From: Elsinoe ampelina
Lineage: Eukaryota
Assembly (NCBI GenBank): GCA_010093995.1
Contig: ML992501.1
Coordinates: 954,945-1,017,541 of the forward strand
Length of the DNA stretch: 62,597 nucleotides
Direction of reading: 5' to 3'
The notes under the pieces were generated by a model that ran no database searches, was not told the DNA's origin, and saw only the letters and a program-made list of their open reading frames with translations. Below, piece by piece: positions 34,350 through 47,219 of the stretch. The position numbers and the translations under genes are program-made. Position 1 is the stretch's first letter; each line of letters starts with the position of its first letter.

Positions 34350-36094
34350 CTACAAGGTATATCTAAACCCCTCAAGCCCCTCGATAATCTTCCCACCGGC
34401 CTCAGCACGCTTATTCGCACGCCAGAACTTGAGATTCAGCAGCAGCGAGATGAGAACAATGAGTCCCGACGCAAGCATAGTGGCAATAATGCCCGGCCTG
34501 TAACCCGGCGCATCTTGGCTGCGGAACACGGTGGATCCAATGATACCTCCAATACCTCCGGTTCCGACGAGGGTGGCGGAGCATAGAGCACGCTTCCATT
34601 GACCGCGGATGTTATTCGCTTGCCAGGTGAGGATGCAGGGGATGTTGGCGTTGGCGGCGATGGTGGCGAGGAAGACGCCGAAGTAGCGGACGCCTACATT
34701 GGAGGAGAAACCGAGCATGGGAAGGCCTGGGAGTGTGTCAGTGATGAGCATAGATAATCGTCATGATCTTGCCTACCGGTGAGTGCCAGAAGTCCATTGA
34801 TAATCACCCACGGCGAGCGAATGTGCCACTTGTCACCCGCCCATGCCATGCCGTACATGACAAACGCAGCAGCGACGTAAGGTGGAGCGATGAGGATCTG
34901 TGACATGGCGACACTGAAACCCATACCGTTCCTGAGAATGATGGGCAAGAAAAAGGCGATGGCGTAGGTTGTGGTTGTGGTCAGACCGAACAGAGCTGCG
35001 AAGCCCCAGATCTTGAGGTCGGCGCCGCATCGCAGGTACTCGCGCAGATTGAACTTGCTGGCGATGGCGTCGTTACGGTCCTTCTCGATCCTGGCGACGA
35101 CAAAGTCCGCCTCCTGCTCATTCAGGAATTTGAGACTGATGCCGGATCGCTTCGCGGCGTGCTCACTGGCTAAAGTTAGACAGGCCTTATGAATCAGACC
35201 TTTGACACTCACGGGAAATCGACGATTGTGACGAAGCCGACGAGGGCAGCAGCGCAGGTGAGGACGCCCTGGAGAATGAAAATCCAGCGCCATCTGTTCG
35301 CGAGTCAGTCAGTGTGTCATAGCTGGCTCTTAACTCGACTCACCCTGCGATACCTCCCTGTCGTCCACGAGGGGCAGTCGGCCTGGCCGCAGTAGGTCCA
35401 AAGCTCTGCCCAAGGTTGTTGCCAGAGCCTTGTCCATTGAGCTGCATAAAGCCGTATGAAAGAATACCAGAGAATGCGGAGGACATGCTTCCGATGAGGA
35501 AGAAGACTGCGTTACGCTTCTGTAGCTCGTAGCGTGGGTACCAGCAGGAGAGGAGGTAGGCACAACCTTGTGTTTTGTCAGTCTGCATGTTTTATTTCGT
35601 CTGACTATTGTACTGTACTCACCAGGGAAAAAACCAGCCTCAAGTACACCGAGTACCAATCGCAGAGGGATCATCTCCCACCAGACGTGAACAAAGCCGA
35701 ATCCGATAGTGAGGATACCCCAGGCAAGACAGGTGACAGGCAAGAACCACTTTGGGCCGACTTTGCGGAGGATGACAGTCGCAGGCGGTTGCAAGAAGAC
35801 GTAGGTGAAGAAGAATACAAGGGTGATGATGCTATAGCGTGCGCCCACGGTCAAAGCGAGGTCGTAGCTCATACCGGCGACAGCCGCGATACCGAGATTG
35901 GTGCGGTCCATCAAGGACACGCAGTACATGAAGCCGAGGGTGGATACCAGACGGATATCGATGCGGCGGATGATCTTTTTCTGCTGCTCCGGGGAGAAGG
36001 CATTGATGCGGGCATCGTAGTCTGTCTCCGAGTCGGACTCGCCCTTGATGTATTCCACTCTTTCATCTTGGATCTTCTCGTCGACGGTCGCCAT
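34350..36094 (-). CDS. MFS transporter, allantoate/anion:cation symporter (Dal5/Tna1-like) family, several introns
   Basis: IRRIDIRL, DRTNLGIA, LGVLEAGFFPG, WY.RYELQKR, WRWIFILQG and multiple TM segments. An in-frame upstream ATG near 36211 is possible. Confidence 0.9.
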
Positions 36095-37002
36095 GATGGA
36101 TGTGGTGGCTGTAAGAAAGGAGAAGAGCGGTGGAGTGGTCAAACACTCTCGATGGGAAAGACAGTGCTCAAGTATTATAGCTTCACGCGGCACTCACCGT
36201 TGGCCATCATTGGCGTCTTGTCCCAAAGCCTCAGCATCATGAGGAAACGAGACAGAGGGTCCACACCACAACAAACCCCAGACTACCGCAACGCCTGGGG
36301 AAAGCATAGCCTCCCCCAGCTTCATCGCGGATCGCGTACTGCCACGAGATTTGGCGCATGGCATGTATGCCAATACCAAGACAAGACCACGCGGGGTACG
36401 ACACCTGGGGTCGACGGTATGGGACCAATCTGAGCAGGGCGTTGTGCAACATTACCGTGGTACCGTTGTCCGGGGATGATCCAGACCGGGAGACATGTCG
36501 TGTGGAATTGGCGCCAGAGAGATAGACTTTCGTCTGAATCTGCTTGTTCGCAGCCAGCGGGTCCAGACGTTGTCCTTGGCTCCGCCATGCCAAGTCTTCC
36601 TCGCGGTGGTGGGCATCGGAGTCGCCGCAAGAGGGGTATTTGGATTTTACAACGGGCCGTGAAAAGCGCCGAAACCAGGTAGCTGAGGCGAGGGCGTTGA
36701 TGGAGTGTCTATTGATGCAGCTTCAGCAAGTAAGGAAGGCAAGAAACAGGCTGATTATAAAAGGCGACGTGTTGCTATGTGAAAGAGCAGATTCATGTCT
36801 GATCAGTGATCAATCATGGCAAGCGACGTCTCGAGACTCCGCCACGTTCTCAGCTGATCAAAAAGCCGCTTGCAATTTCCATGACCATCTCTCTGCTTGC
36901 AGCGTTCTCCATAAACGTCCAAATAAAGTCAAAGAGCTCCAAGGTTTCAGAACACGACTTGTTCATTGGTTTGCTTTTCCTGTGAACGTGTATCTGCGCA
37001 AG

Positions 37003-40000
37003 TCAATCATCCAACCACTCCGGGTCTGCATCCTCATCTTCTGGATCATGTGAGAGCAAAGAAGCTCTTTCCGAACCCGAGCCTCCCTCCGCATGAGACA
37101 ATTCCTCTCCTTCCATGTCAATATCTGGGGGGTCAAACTCGTCGTTGTCGGTTTTTGTTTCTTCTTCGAACGTCGGATAAGTAATCTGAGTGTCTACACC
37201 GAGGCTGTCTGACAACATACTCCCTCCTGCTTCTGGCGGCTGGGTGTCCTGCTTCTGTTCCTCGAACAGGTCGCCCACCTCGTGCTCACTGTCGCTTCGG
37301 GCAGCATGCCCTTGGATAGGCTTGACTGTTATACTATCTTGTGCGTCACTAGGGTCAGGCAAGAACCCACCGCCTAGCTCGTCATTCTCATCCGGCAGAA
37401 AGCCGCCACTTTGATCTTCCGCTGTCGGAATGAATCCGCCCCCAGTATGGATCTGTTCCGGCAAGAAACCGCCACCAAGATCTATTTTATTCCTCGAACT
37501 CAATCCAGCAACGTTCTGTGTTTGTAATTGCTCCTCCGGTGCTGGTCGAGAGCTTGGCTTGATGGGTTCAGCCTCGGATGTGTGCACTGTGTGCGGCGAG
37601 TCAATTATGATTATCGGCGTACCTTCCGATTTGACCGCAGACTCCTCATCAACGAGTGGCGCTCTCAAAAGTGCAGACGTTGTAGTCTCATGAGCCTTTG
37701 CGCCTGTACCCGTCGGTTGTGCAACATTATCAGCACCGCTATCGGGGAAGAAACCTCCTGCGTCGACAGCATCGTCATGGTCGTCCTCAGCATCATCCAG
37801 CTCCTGCTTAAAATCCTTATCCTGCTCTGCATTGGCGGCGTGGATGTCCGAAAGACCAATTCTATCCGCAATTTGAAGGCCAAGTAGAAATCGACGCCAC
37901 AAGCGAAGGCATTCCGCAGACCGAGCGTCGTCCTCACTCTGCTGCTGTGCCTCCAAAAAGCCTTGGATCGTCGCTGCTACGGCCTCTTTATGCATTGAAG
38001 CCGTGATGATGCCTTGCACCACAGCCGTGCCATGGCGACCCTTGAATTGGAAACCAGTCACTGCATCCGCATAGTCGATAGACAGTACTTGTGCAGCCTT
38101 TTTAGCCATAGGATGTCGAACGTGGGAAGCGCCAGCTGGTATCATGGTAGGTACATAGACGTCGATGTTCCCATAGACATTCTTTGGGACCTTTCCACGA
38201 ACGACTGGGGGTGGTACGTATTCTTCCGTTTGGTAATGAGCGTACAGAGCGGTCATCTCTGGTTCCTCGTTGTCCGAGTATGGAGACTTCTGTCGGTGTG
38301 ATCGAGCAGGGACATGTTTCAATGCTTGTTCGCCAGCCTTGATCTCTCGGCCTTGTCGATACCACTTATCTGCACTCTGCACCACCTGCACATCTGAACG
38401 GCGATAGATGGGCTCGAGGGTGCTGGCCTTGCCCGCTGTTGTCTTTCCAACTTCACGCTTCGGCCAGATCACCTCGTTGCGCTTGAGATGTCGCTCTAGA
38501 GCATAGTGCGGATGATCTTTGAAGTCCTGGATGTTGTTGGGCAAACCTTCCTGCGCTTCTTTCTTGGTCAATTCGGCTTCTTCGATCTGGTCCCGGTCTG
38601 TGATCTCCCCTCGTCTGAATGGCTTCAGCGCCTTGTTTATCCACCTTTGCCCATCCGGAAATGACTCGACTCTTTGCTTCCTAGTCTTTGCGTTGAACGA
38701 TTTCGCATAGCGTCTGGTCACATCCTTGGCAAAACCGTCTTCCTCGAAAGCAATCACGTAGCTCATAGTATTACCCTCGTACGAAGCCGGGGGTTCAAGC
38801 TTATGAGCTCGCGAGACGGTCTCAGTGACTATCGGGTCCACGGCCACCCACTTGGAGTATGCTGGATTGAGAGCTTCGACCCAAAACACAGGATAGTCCA
38901 ACTTGCGGACCTTTTTCTTCGGCGGTGGAGTAGGCATGTGTTGGTAGTTGCCTACAGGGCCACCCAGGGTCGGCTGTCCAAGACGCCTTCGCGGACCGGC
39001 TGCCTTGGCCTTGGACTCATCGCTTGTGCTGAACTCGTCGTCATGCTCGAAGGTGGCGTGTATCCGAGGCTTTGTTGGCTTCGTCTTTTGTGGTGTGATA
39101 AGCTTCTGGCTCGCTGTACTTGGCGGTAATGGCTGAAGCGAACAGACTAGCCTTGCTTCAACTCCAACTGCTCTGAGCATGGCACAAAACAGCTGATTCC
39201 CAAGATCTTGAGAGCCTGACAAGGTTTTGGTAGCTTCGATAAAGTCATTCTTGGTCAGAGACTCGCCGTCTTCAACAATCCTTTCCCGAACCTGGCTCAA
39301 CTCATCCGGATCCGCCCATTTGGGTCTATGCAGGCCGAAAGTGATCACTTTGTACTTGCGATTCCAAATATCCATGGCTAATTTGAGACCTTCGAGGAAT
39401 GATTCGGATTGTCGTAATTGTACCAGATTTGACTGTGGGTTGAGCAAAGCGACAACTTTGGCCGAGAGGATTCTCCGCAGGCTGGTCTCCACTTGCTTGA
39501 TACTGCACCATCGATTACGCACATGTGCATGAAAGAGCAGAAGAAGTACATGAGCCTTGTGGACAGAAAGTGCGAGCGTCCTATCCGCTGTGGTCAATGC
39601 CTTCTTGCGTGTGCGCTTTGGGGTCGACCGATTCGCATTGACCTCGACAGTCACATCACCCACATTATCGTCGACCCCGTTCTCATCTGAGGCTGGCACT
39701 GTTGCACCCCCGACCTCCTCCCATTCATCAAAGTCACTGTGGTCGGAATGGTCGGAATCGACAACGGTCTGCGGATTGGAAGCGGCGTTACCGGGAATCG
39801 GGACTTCTTCAAATATATCGTCTTCAGCATCGTCCACATTCACAGGTTGAGCGCGACTGCCTTCGCCAACGCGTCTTCGCTTTCGCGGCCGATCATCGAG
39901 CTTGGAAGGGTCTGATGCTTCGGACAGTAGTGATCGGTAGACATCTGGCACACTCGTCACCTCGGGCTTTGACCTTCGTCCAGCACCAGATGTAATGGCA

Positions 40001-40053
40001 AGAATCCTGTCTTCGGCTCTGGGTTGCGCCTGAGATTTGCGAGTGGACCTCAT
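37003..40053 (-). CDS. RAD4: DNA repair protein Rad4/XPC
   Basis: Transglutaminase-like ARLVCSLQP, FWVE and DVTRRYA; BHD motifs FKDHPHYALERHL, VPKNVYGNID and DYADAVTGFQF. Confidence 0.93.
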   Translation of the reverse strand: MRSTRKSQAQPRAEDRILAITSGAGRRSKPEVTSVPDVYRSLLSEASDPSKLDDRPRKRRRVGEGSRAQPVNVDDAEDDIFEEVPIPGNAASNPQTVVDSDHSDHSDFDEWEEVGGATVPASDENGVDDNVGDVTVEVNANRSTPKRTRKKALTTADRTLALSVHKAHVLLLLFHAHVRNRWCSIKQVETSLRRILSAKVVALLNPQSNLVQLRQSESFLEGLKLAMDIWNRKYKVITFGLHRPKWADPDELSQVRERIVEDGESLTKNDFIEATKTLSGSQDLGNQLFCAMLRAVGVEARLVCSLQPLPPSTASQKLITPQKTKPTKPRIHATFEHDDEFSTSDESKAKAAGPRRRLGQPTLGGPVGNYQHMPTPPPKKKVRKLDYPVFWVEALNPAYSKWVAVDPIVTETVSRAHKLEPPASYEGNTMSYVIAFEEDGFAKDVTRRYAKSFNAKTRKQRVESFPDGQRWINKALKPFRRGEITDRDQIEEAELTKKEAQEGLPNNIQDFKDHPHYALERHLKRNEVIWPKREVGKTTAGKASTLEPIYRRSDVQVVQSADKWYRQGREIKAGEQALKHVPARSHRQKSPYSDNEEPEMTALYAHYQTEEYVPPPVVRGKVPKNVYGNIDVYVPTMIPAGASHVRHPMAKKAAQVLSIDYADAVTGFQFKGRHGTAVVQGIITASMHKEAVAATIQGFLEAQQQSEDDARSAECLRLWRRFLLGLQIADRIGLSDIHAANAEQDKDFKQELDDAEDDHDDAVDAGGFFPDSGADNVAQPTGTGAKAHETTTSALLRAPLVDEESAVKSEGTPIIIIDSPHTVHTSEAEPIKPSSRPAPEEQLQTQNVAGLSSRNKIDLGGGFLPEQIHTGGGFIPTAEDQSGGFLPDENDELGGGFLPDPSDAQDSITVKPIQGHAARSDSEHEVGDLFEEQKQDTQPPEAGGSMLSDSLGVDTQITYPTFEEETKTDNDEFDPPDIDMEGEELSHAEGGSGSERASLLSHDPEDEDADPEWLDD

Positions 40054-40344
40054 CGTCGCCAACCTCCAGTCTTGTTCGTGTTCTTCTCAATTTGAGCTTG
40101 CGTTTCATGCCGCAAGCCGTGAATGGCGACGACGAGAGTGACGGTGGTGTCGTCTATAACGCGAGCGTGAGTCCATGCTGTTTATGGGTATGCTGACCGA
40201 ACCAGAGAAGTGGAAGGTCAGAGCGAAGTCGCCGGATTCGAGCCCGTAGAGGATGACGTCAAACATGACTCGCGCATCAGCCGCAAACGCGACCGAACGC
40301 GTCCAAGGCTCAATTTTTTTAGTCGTAGCACACCAAAACTCCAC

Positions 40345-41830
40345 CACCAAATTGCACACCTTTATAACACTACCAATTTTGCTCCAATTGCTTTGATTTT
40401 TTTCCTAATAAACTTGCCATAGCCGAATTATGTTATGCAAATTTATATATACTAACTCTAGAGGCTAGTTAGTAGTATACTAAGAGGCATAAGTAGCCTA
40501 CTCTAATCCGCGCTAGCTGTCACGCCCTAAGAGTAGCACTACTACTACCTAGATGTACTAAATTCCCTATAAGCTAGATATTAGATATAATAAAGATTCC
40601 TAAGTATTCTATATAGTAGATACTTACTAGACTAGCTCGGAGATCTAGATCTAAGCAACCTAGAAGAACCTCTATTATTAACAAATGTCTACTCTGTCGT
40701 ATCTAGCGCTTTGTCAACTATAGCTTTAGTAATGCTAAAAAGACTTACTAGTAGCTAGTAGACTTATTCTATCTAGGTGTTAACTCTTAGACACTATATA
40801 GAGCTATATAAGACTATAGTATCTTTAAATTCAAGGCTAAATAGAAGGGCTAGCTAAAGGCTAAGAATATAGTAGCTTATAAAGCATAGGCTAAAATCTA
40901 CCGCTATAAAGACTTAGACTTCTAGAAAAGTATTAGATTTACTAACGAGTCTTATTTTTACTATAACTTAAGAGCTATTACTATAATCTATCGCCGCCGA
41001 GGCTAGAGGAACTAGCTAAATAAGATCTAGTTTAAAAAGAAGACTACAAAGACAATAGTATATGTCTAGAGGATAGTTAGCTACAGCTTTAAGTTAGAGC
41101 TTATATTCTACTCTAATTTGCTACTACTAAAGACAATTGACAAGTAGAAGGCTATACTAGAGGCCGACCTTCTCGATATTAACCCCTAGCCTTTAGGAGC
41201 TATTCTTAAGACGGAGGAGGCTAAGTTATGCCTATTAAACGACTTATAGCCTAGCTATAAGCACTAGTATAAAGACAAGGCAAATTGCAAATACAACTAC
41301 TATAAGAAGTAACCCTTAGTGCTTACTATCGGTAGCAACCTTAATTAATTTACCTATCTTTATAGCATCTTTATCCCCTATATTAAGAAGTACTAGAACA
41401 ATATATAGTTTAAGAAGAAAGCCTTTATACTAGAAGAAGATAATAATAGCGCTTATAACACTTGATCGACCTATAATCTAGTTAAGCTATATAAAGACTC
41501 TCTACTAGGCTTCTAATATTACGCTAATTGCGCTAAGTTACCTAATATAGCTATTATTAAGACCTACTAGTAGAGGATTAAGTAGCGTGTTAAGCGACGT
41601 ATACTAGTAACTAATAAAGAGCTTAAACGCTTTATTAAAGAAGAATAGGAGGATATACTATAGGATTAGATAGATAAGCTAGTAGAGGAGATACTAGATA
41701 GAGTATACTAGCTATAGCAATGTCAAGGTAAAAGCACTAACTATTAAGTACTTACACCTTTAATTTAATAGTATAACTATTCACTACATTAATTACAGCT
41801 TCATACAATAAGAATTGAGCGTAGCCTATG
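40345..41830 (+). mobile_element. RIP-mutated Tc1/mariner-type DNA transposon relic (ends approximate)
   Basis: AT/TpA-rich island. Relic motifs FTNESYF (FTDESHF, ~40938), LEEDNNSAY (~41430) and LPNIAIIKTY* (SPDxxxIExxW, ~41540). TIRs were not resolved. Confidence 0.75.
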
Positions 41831-42070
41831 AAGAAGCACTGTTTGTATACAAAAAGTGGTGAAGCCGGTACGGCTTGGCGGGCCCGTGCGCCATGATTTC
41901 TGAAAGTGGGCCTTGGTCGACCTCGGATGGACAGCCTTGACGGAGCTGAACGTCAGTCACCTCATGAGCACTTCCGACCGTCACAATCTTCCCTAGTAGA
42001 TCACCTCACTTTGACCGCAGAGCATACTTTATGCAGTAGAGCATACTTCTAAATATGCTATCTGGACTTC

Positions 42071-44098
42071 ATGTCTCGCCCGCAAGAAGAAAGGGTCTAT
42101 CGCAGGGGAACCGCCACTCACCAGCAGCATTTCCAGCACCTCAAAAGACAGACGAAAGGAGTCAAAAGGGCAGCAGCTAAGCGTGTATCCGAAAGCCAGT
42201 CCACCTTGACACAGATCGAATATTGCACACCTTCCGGCTCATTCGTTAGTCGACTGGGAGAGGACGAAGATGGCGACTACCAGGATGAGGCTCCGAAGCG
42301 GAAGAAGCAGAAGACAAAACAGAGGTTGCTCGCACAGAAGACCTTGACACAAATGATATCAAGTCCTGGTCCACCTATTCCACATGACGATTCTCAATCA
42401 GCATCCGAGCATTTCATCCTCGAAACACAGTGGCAAGCTCTTCCAGGAAGCCCAGAGATACCTTCGACCCACCCCAACGACAATGAAGTTATCTATAGTA
42501 CCCCTTGCCCAACCAAGAGCGACTCAATGCAGGATCCACGCCCCGCTGATTTTGAAGCATTCGACAATGTCAAGGACAGTCCGATGACCCCCAAAGCGAT
42601 TGGGCACAACCAACAGCGATACTCCCATCCGAGTACATTAAAGAAGTTCTATGATCAAGAAGTACCCGAGACTCCACAGACAGGCTCGTCCGAGCTTTCC
42701 ATCATGCGCTCGCTGCGACGGCCGAGCGAATCCCCACTGAAGGATCGCGGAGGAAGTCAATCGCCTTGCATCGTTGCTTCAAGCATGAAGACGCAAGGTC
42801 GACCATCGTCCAACGAGGATGATGAAGCCTCTATCAGCAGCGAGACTCCCGATAATCAAGAGAGGGTGTCACCAATTCCGTTCCGGAAGCCCCTGCTCCC
42901 GTTGCGTGGCACTCAGGCCAGGACCGGCACTGCATCGTCACCAACTAGTCGGCGGAAACAAATGATCGTCGAGGACTCTCAGATAGATGAGATCGGAGAC
43001 TCGATACGGGATGACTGCCTAGTCGAGTCAACGTATGTGCCCAATTCTGGTGGACAAGTCTTGGGCACCTGCCATGTACGGCACTCTCAAATTCACCATT
43101 CTTCCGCGCAACAATCAATGCCCGCCAGTGTATACGATCCTGTAATGAGTGCTCTGAATCGAGATGAGGCCAGATTCGGACAGACACAAACGCGAACGAC
43201 CAATCAGAACCAGATCATGTCAGTGGCCGACCAGCAATTTGAAGCTGCGTCTGGTGCTCTTGGTGGGACCTGGGAAGTGATCAGACCTGGGGAGCATGAT
43301 GTCGAAGATGACCCGGGGGAGCTCGAGGGGGACCTCGCGTACGAGCAGGCCAGGAAAGAGTCTGCAGAAACCATTGATTTGACCAGTGATATCGCTGGAT
43401 CTCAAATGGGCACTCCGACATCCACGGCAGTCAGTCCTGAACGTCCACACCTTCGGACGCAGCATGCACCTGTCACCCGAGATGTCACAGTATCTGTCGG
43501 ACTCCCCAGGCCTTCGCAGGCCACGACGGTGGACGACGGACCATCAAACCCGCCATCTCCTTCACGCATACCACAGACATACATGCCCAGATCATATTGT
43601 CTCTCACGCCAGCCGTTGGACACCTCGAGCCCTCCTCGTCCACCTGCGTCGTCACCACCACAAGCGAATGCTGCCGAGGAGGATCCGAATGAGCCTCCGC
43701 GGTCTTCCTTCACACCATACACGTACGACACACGCAGCCAAGCCCGATCGCTCATGCTGGCAGAGTCTTCTGGAGCAAGGCGGCGATCCCGTCGCCTAAA
43801 ACGCGGTGAAGACATCCTGCCAGACAGCTTGCTCGACTTTACCATCCCCAACGCACCAGCGTGGATGAGCTCCCCTCCAATGCCCTTACAGGAAGAGGAA
43901 GAGGAGGAGGATAAGAAAGATCCAGACGGGTCGGAACGCGATGAAGATGATGAGTTGCCCCAAGTAGCGACAAAGGACTTTGGCCATGTAGATCTGGGCA
44001 TTGACCTCAGTTCTTCGCCGCCAGTAGTCACAAAGGATTACAGTCTCGACCCACCGAGCAGCGACTGGAGAAGCTCAGGCAGGTCGAAAAGATCATGA
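42071..44098 (+). CDS. Hypothetical disordered S/T/Q-rich protein, 675 aa
   Basis: Long ORF with QxTLTQ twice, KRKKQK NLS-like motif and many SQ/TQ and SP sites. Confidence 0.75.
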   Translation: MSRPQEERVYRRGTATHQQHFQHLKRQTKGVKRAAAKRVSESQSTLTQIEYCTPSGSFVSRLGEDEDGDYQDEAPKRKKQKTKQRLLAQKTLTQMISSPGPPIPHDDSQSASEHFILETQWQALPGSPEIPSTHPNDNEVIYSTPCPTKSDSMQDPRPADFEAFDNVKDSPMTPKAIGHNQQRYSHPSTLKKFYDQEVPETPQTGSSELSIMRSLRRPSESPLKDRGGSQSPCIVASSMKTQGRPSSNEDDEASISSETPDNQERVSPIPFRKPLLPLRGTQARTGTASSPTSRRKQMIVEDSQIDEIGDSIRDDCLVESTYVPNSGGQVLGTCHVRHSQIHHSSAQQSMPASVYDPVMSALNRDEARFGQTQTRTTNQNQIMSVADQQFEAASGALGGTWEVIRPGEHDVEDDPGELEGDLAYEQARKESAETIDLTSDIAGSQMGTPTSTAVSPERPHLRTQHAPVTRDVTVSVGLPRPSQATTVDDGPSNPPSPSRIPQTYMPRSYCLSRQPLDTSSPPRPPASSPPQANAAEEDPNEPPRSSFTPYTYDTRSQARSLMLAESSGARRRSRRLKRGEDILPDSLLDFTIPNAPAWMSSPPMPLQEEEEEEDKKDPDGSERDEDDELPQVATKDFGHVDLGIDLSSSPPVVTKDYSLDPPSSDWRSSGRSKRS

Positions 44099-44201
44099 CC
44101 TTATGACAACGTTGCAATAGAAAGCCACGCAATAGAGATTTTCCGATTTTCCCACATCCATACTTTTGAGGTGAAGCGTATCTAAGCCAGTCCCCACCAA
44201 T

Positions 44202-46379
44202 CTAGGCATTCACCCCAACAATCCTGATCCTCCCCTCCACCCTGGGACAAATGCCCTGCGTCCAATGCACCCCCTCATCCTCAGGCAAGCCATCACACAA
44301 CCCGGGCGTCCCCTTGATGCCCGCCACCCGCCTCCACTTCCGCATCACCTTCCTCGCCAACTTCAACTGCCTCTCCCTCTCGACCGGCTCTGCAGGCAAA
44401 GGCTCAAGCTCACCCTCGTCGCTCTCCGAGTCGCTGCTCTCGTCCCAGTCCAGTATCCCCGGCAACTTTGCAGTCGCGTGGTCCTGCTCTGGCGTCTTGC
44501 CGGCCAGCACAACAGGCGGGGCGGGGTTCGCGTCCCCGTTTGCGACATCGCTGATCGTACCCGTGCGGGCGCGCTTGGCCTCCCGAGTCGGCAGGGTGGG
44601 ACTCATGGGCTCCCTCCCCTTGGGCCCTTGCTGCTCCTGTCCTGACCCACCTTTGATCTTCGCGAACGCTCCTCCCTTGCCTAGGCGTGCAGACTTGGGG
44701 CTCCCTGTCGGTGCACGCACGGGTTGGCTCTTGTGGAGGTCGCCGTTGACTTTGCCCCAGTGGGCGTCCAGCTGGGTGGGCCAGTTCTTCCATTTGCCGA
44801 GGACTTTGAGGGACATGAAGTACTGTCTGAGTAGAGTCGAGGTGAGGTGGCCGTTTTCTTCGTCGATGAGGTACGTGCTTGGTCCGCCTTTTTCGGTGAG
44901 CTTGAGGCACTCGAAGCCGTCTCCGCCTGCGACGGTGTAGGCGCGGGTGACGAGCTTGTAGTCCCGCTCGTGGTCGAGGGGTTGGCCACCGATGGAGACG
45001 GAGAGGAGACGCTTGCCTTCGGGCAGTGAGGGGTCGAAGGTGTATTCTATGTTTGAGACTTGGGGAAAGCGGCCTTCCAAGGCGGGATACTTGCCCACGC
45101 CGTGCTCGAGGGCGGCCCAGATGGCGGAGCCGGGAGTGGAGATCATGACGTCCGGGTCTTCGAAGGGGAAGCAGTCCATGATGTCTTTGATGCGGATGAC
45201 GCCGGGGGTGTAGACTTGGTCGCCGCGGTAGGTGCCGCCAACGACGAGGGCACAGTCGCCTTTGTAATAGTTGCGGACCAGGTCGGCGACGAAGTTTGCG
45301 TAATTTGATTCGGCTTTGCGGACAGTTTCGAAGCGGGCGTCAAGGGGGAGGGCAGCGTAGCCGATGGGCTTTTCGAGTTTGGCGCGGAAGGTGGCAAAGA
45401 GTTTGTCCATGAGGGCAACGGTTGGAGGGTCCTCGGGGATGTCTTTGGTGATGTCGCGGCGGGTGATGTTGAAGTCCCAGCCTTTGCCAGAAGAGCGACG
45501 CTGGGCTTCGATGTAGGATAATTGCTTGAAGTCGCTACCTGAGCAGACGACGTGACAGCCGTTGATCTTGGAGTAGCGGTAGTGATGGTCATGGCCGGCA
45601 AGAATGATATCTAGAGTTCCTTCTGGGACCTCGGCTGCTAGCCGATTGTCGTTGACCTCCCGTTGATGGCACAATCCAATGATCATCTCTGCGCCCTGTT
45701 CGCGGAGTTCTGCAGCATACTTGACAGCGGTCTCGGAGGCAGAAACGAAAGGTAGATCGGGCGGTAGAGAATTGACAGTTGAAATCCATTCTTGCTCGGC
45801 AAGGCCTATAAGTCCGACCTTGATACCATTGGAAGAAGTTATAAGATGTGTCGGTGGGCATTCACCAAGTATCTTCTTGCCGTCCTTGTCCATAATGTTC
45901 GAGAGTAGCCATGGGAACTTGCATTGCTTTGTGAGCTTCTGGAATTGCGGTATGCCGAAATCTAGGTCGTGATTCTGCAATGGATCAACATGAGATACTT
46001 CAAGTGCAGGGACGTTGAAGACTTACGCCAACACAAGTAGCATCTGTGCCGATGTTGTTGAGTACATGTACCATGTGGCTCCCCTTCGTGACGCTGCTTT
46101 CCAGGCTGGGGTTGAAGGCATCGCCAGAGAAGAATGTGAGAAGTTTTGGCAAGTCCTTGAAGTCTTCACCATTCCTATATTCGTTGCACAGTGTCTGGAA
46201 GCGAGAGATACCTCCTACAGGATCTTTCGATCCCGCCTGTCGTCGTCAGCTACTAGTCCGGGAGGCATTGTCGAGCTCGAACAGACCTGGACATGATATA
46301 CGTCATTGAAATGAAGAATTCGTAAGTCTTGTTTCGTACTCTCGCTGATTTCCTTGACCGTAATGCTTGACGGCGCCAT
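44202..46379 (-). CDS. 5'-nucleotidase/calcineurin-like metallophosphoesterase, two 5' introns
   Basis: LRILHFNDVYH, SGDAFNPS, GNHDLDFG, GHDH and a C-terminal domain with FPF and FPQVS. Confidence 0.9.
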
Positions 46380-47219
46380 GGTGATGAATTTCTAGGATCA
46401 AAGGGGAGCCGGCGGTGTAAGAGCTCAGTGCAGCGGAGGTGGCGGTGGCGGTGTCAGTGCTGACGACGCGCCGCACAGCCGCACAAATTCATCCTTGCTC
46501 TTTCACGCTGCTCCATCACTCTTTGATCACATCTGCCACATCACAAAACTATTGACATCGGCGTCTTCATGGAAGCACGATGCTTCGAATTCATCGCTCA
46601 CGTGGACATACTGCATGGACATCTCTTTCGCCGATCAACAGGCCTCACGACCTGCACGATTTGACCAATACTCTGCCGGCCGTCAGCCTTTTGTTACCTC
46701 AACGCAAACATAATTTAACGATTCTCCTAGATGCATAATGAGCACTGACGGCGCCCTCAACCGAGCAGATCAGAGCGGCCGTTGTACGACCATCAAGAGA
46801 CAATCACCGCAGAATTCCATGGCCCAAAGTCGAGCCCCGACCATGTGACTAAAGGTCATCATGGACGTGGATGAGCCTGCATGATGACACTGAGCGCGCT
46901 GATGACGGTATGCGTCCGGCATTCTCACCGATCGCTCGTTCGTACACAGGAGGTCGCGCAAGATACTCCGCAGGTACTGCGCACGTTGCCAACTTTGAGT
47001 TTTAACATCGTCGGGCACGCCGTTGTAATTTCGCCTCACTCGTTTTCGAGAGTATCGATAGCGAGGCGTTGCAGATTGACCATGGAAGGAGATCATCACA
47101 AAGGTAAGAGCGACTTGCGAGAGGGATCAAAAGGTCTGTCTCAACCTTCATTTCGTTATCCATCCTTCCCAAGTCGTCTACCTCAAAACATACTTCACGG
47201 ACAGTATATCACTACCAAG

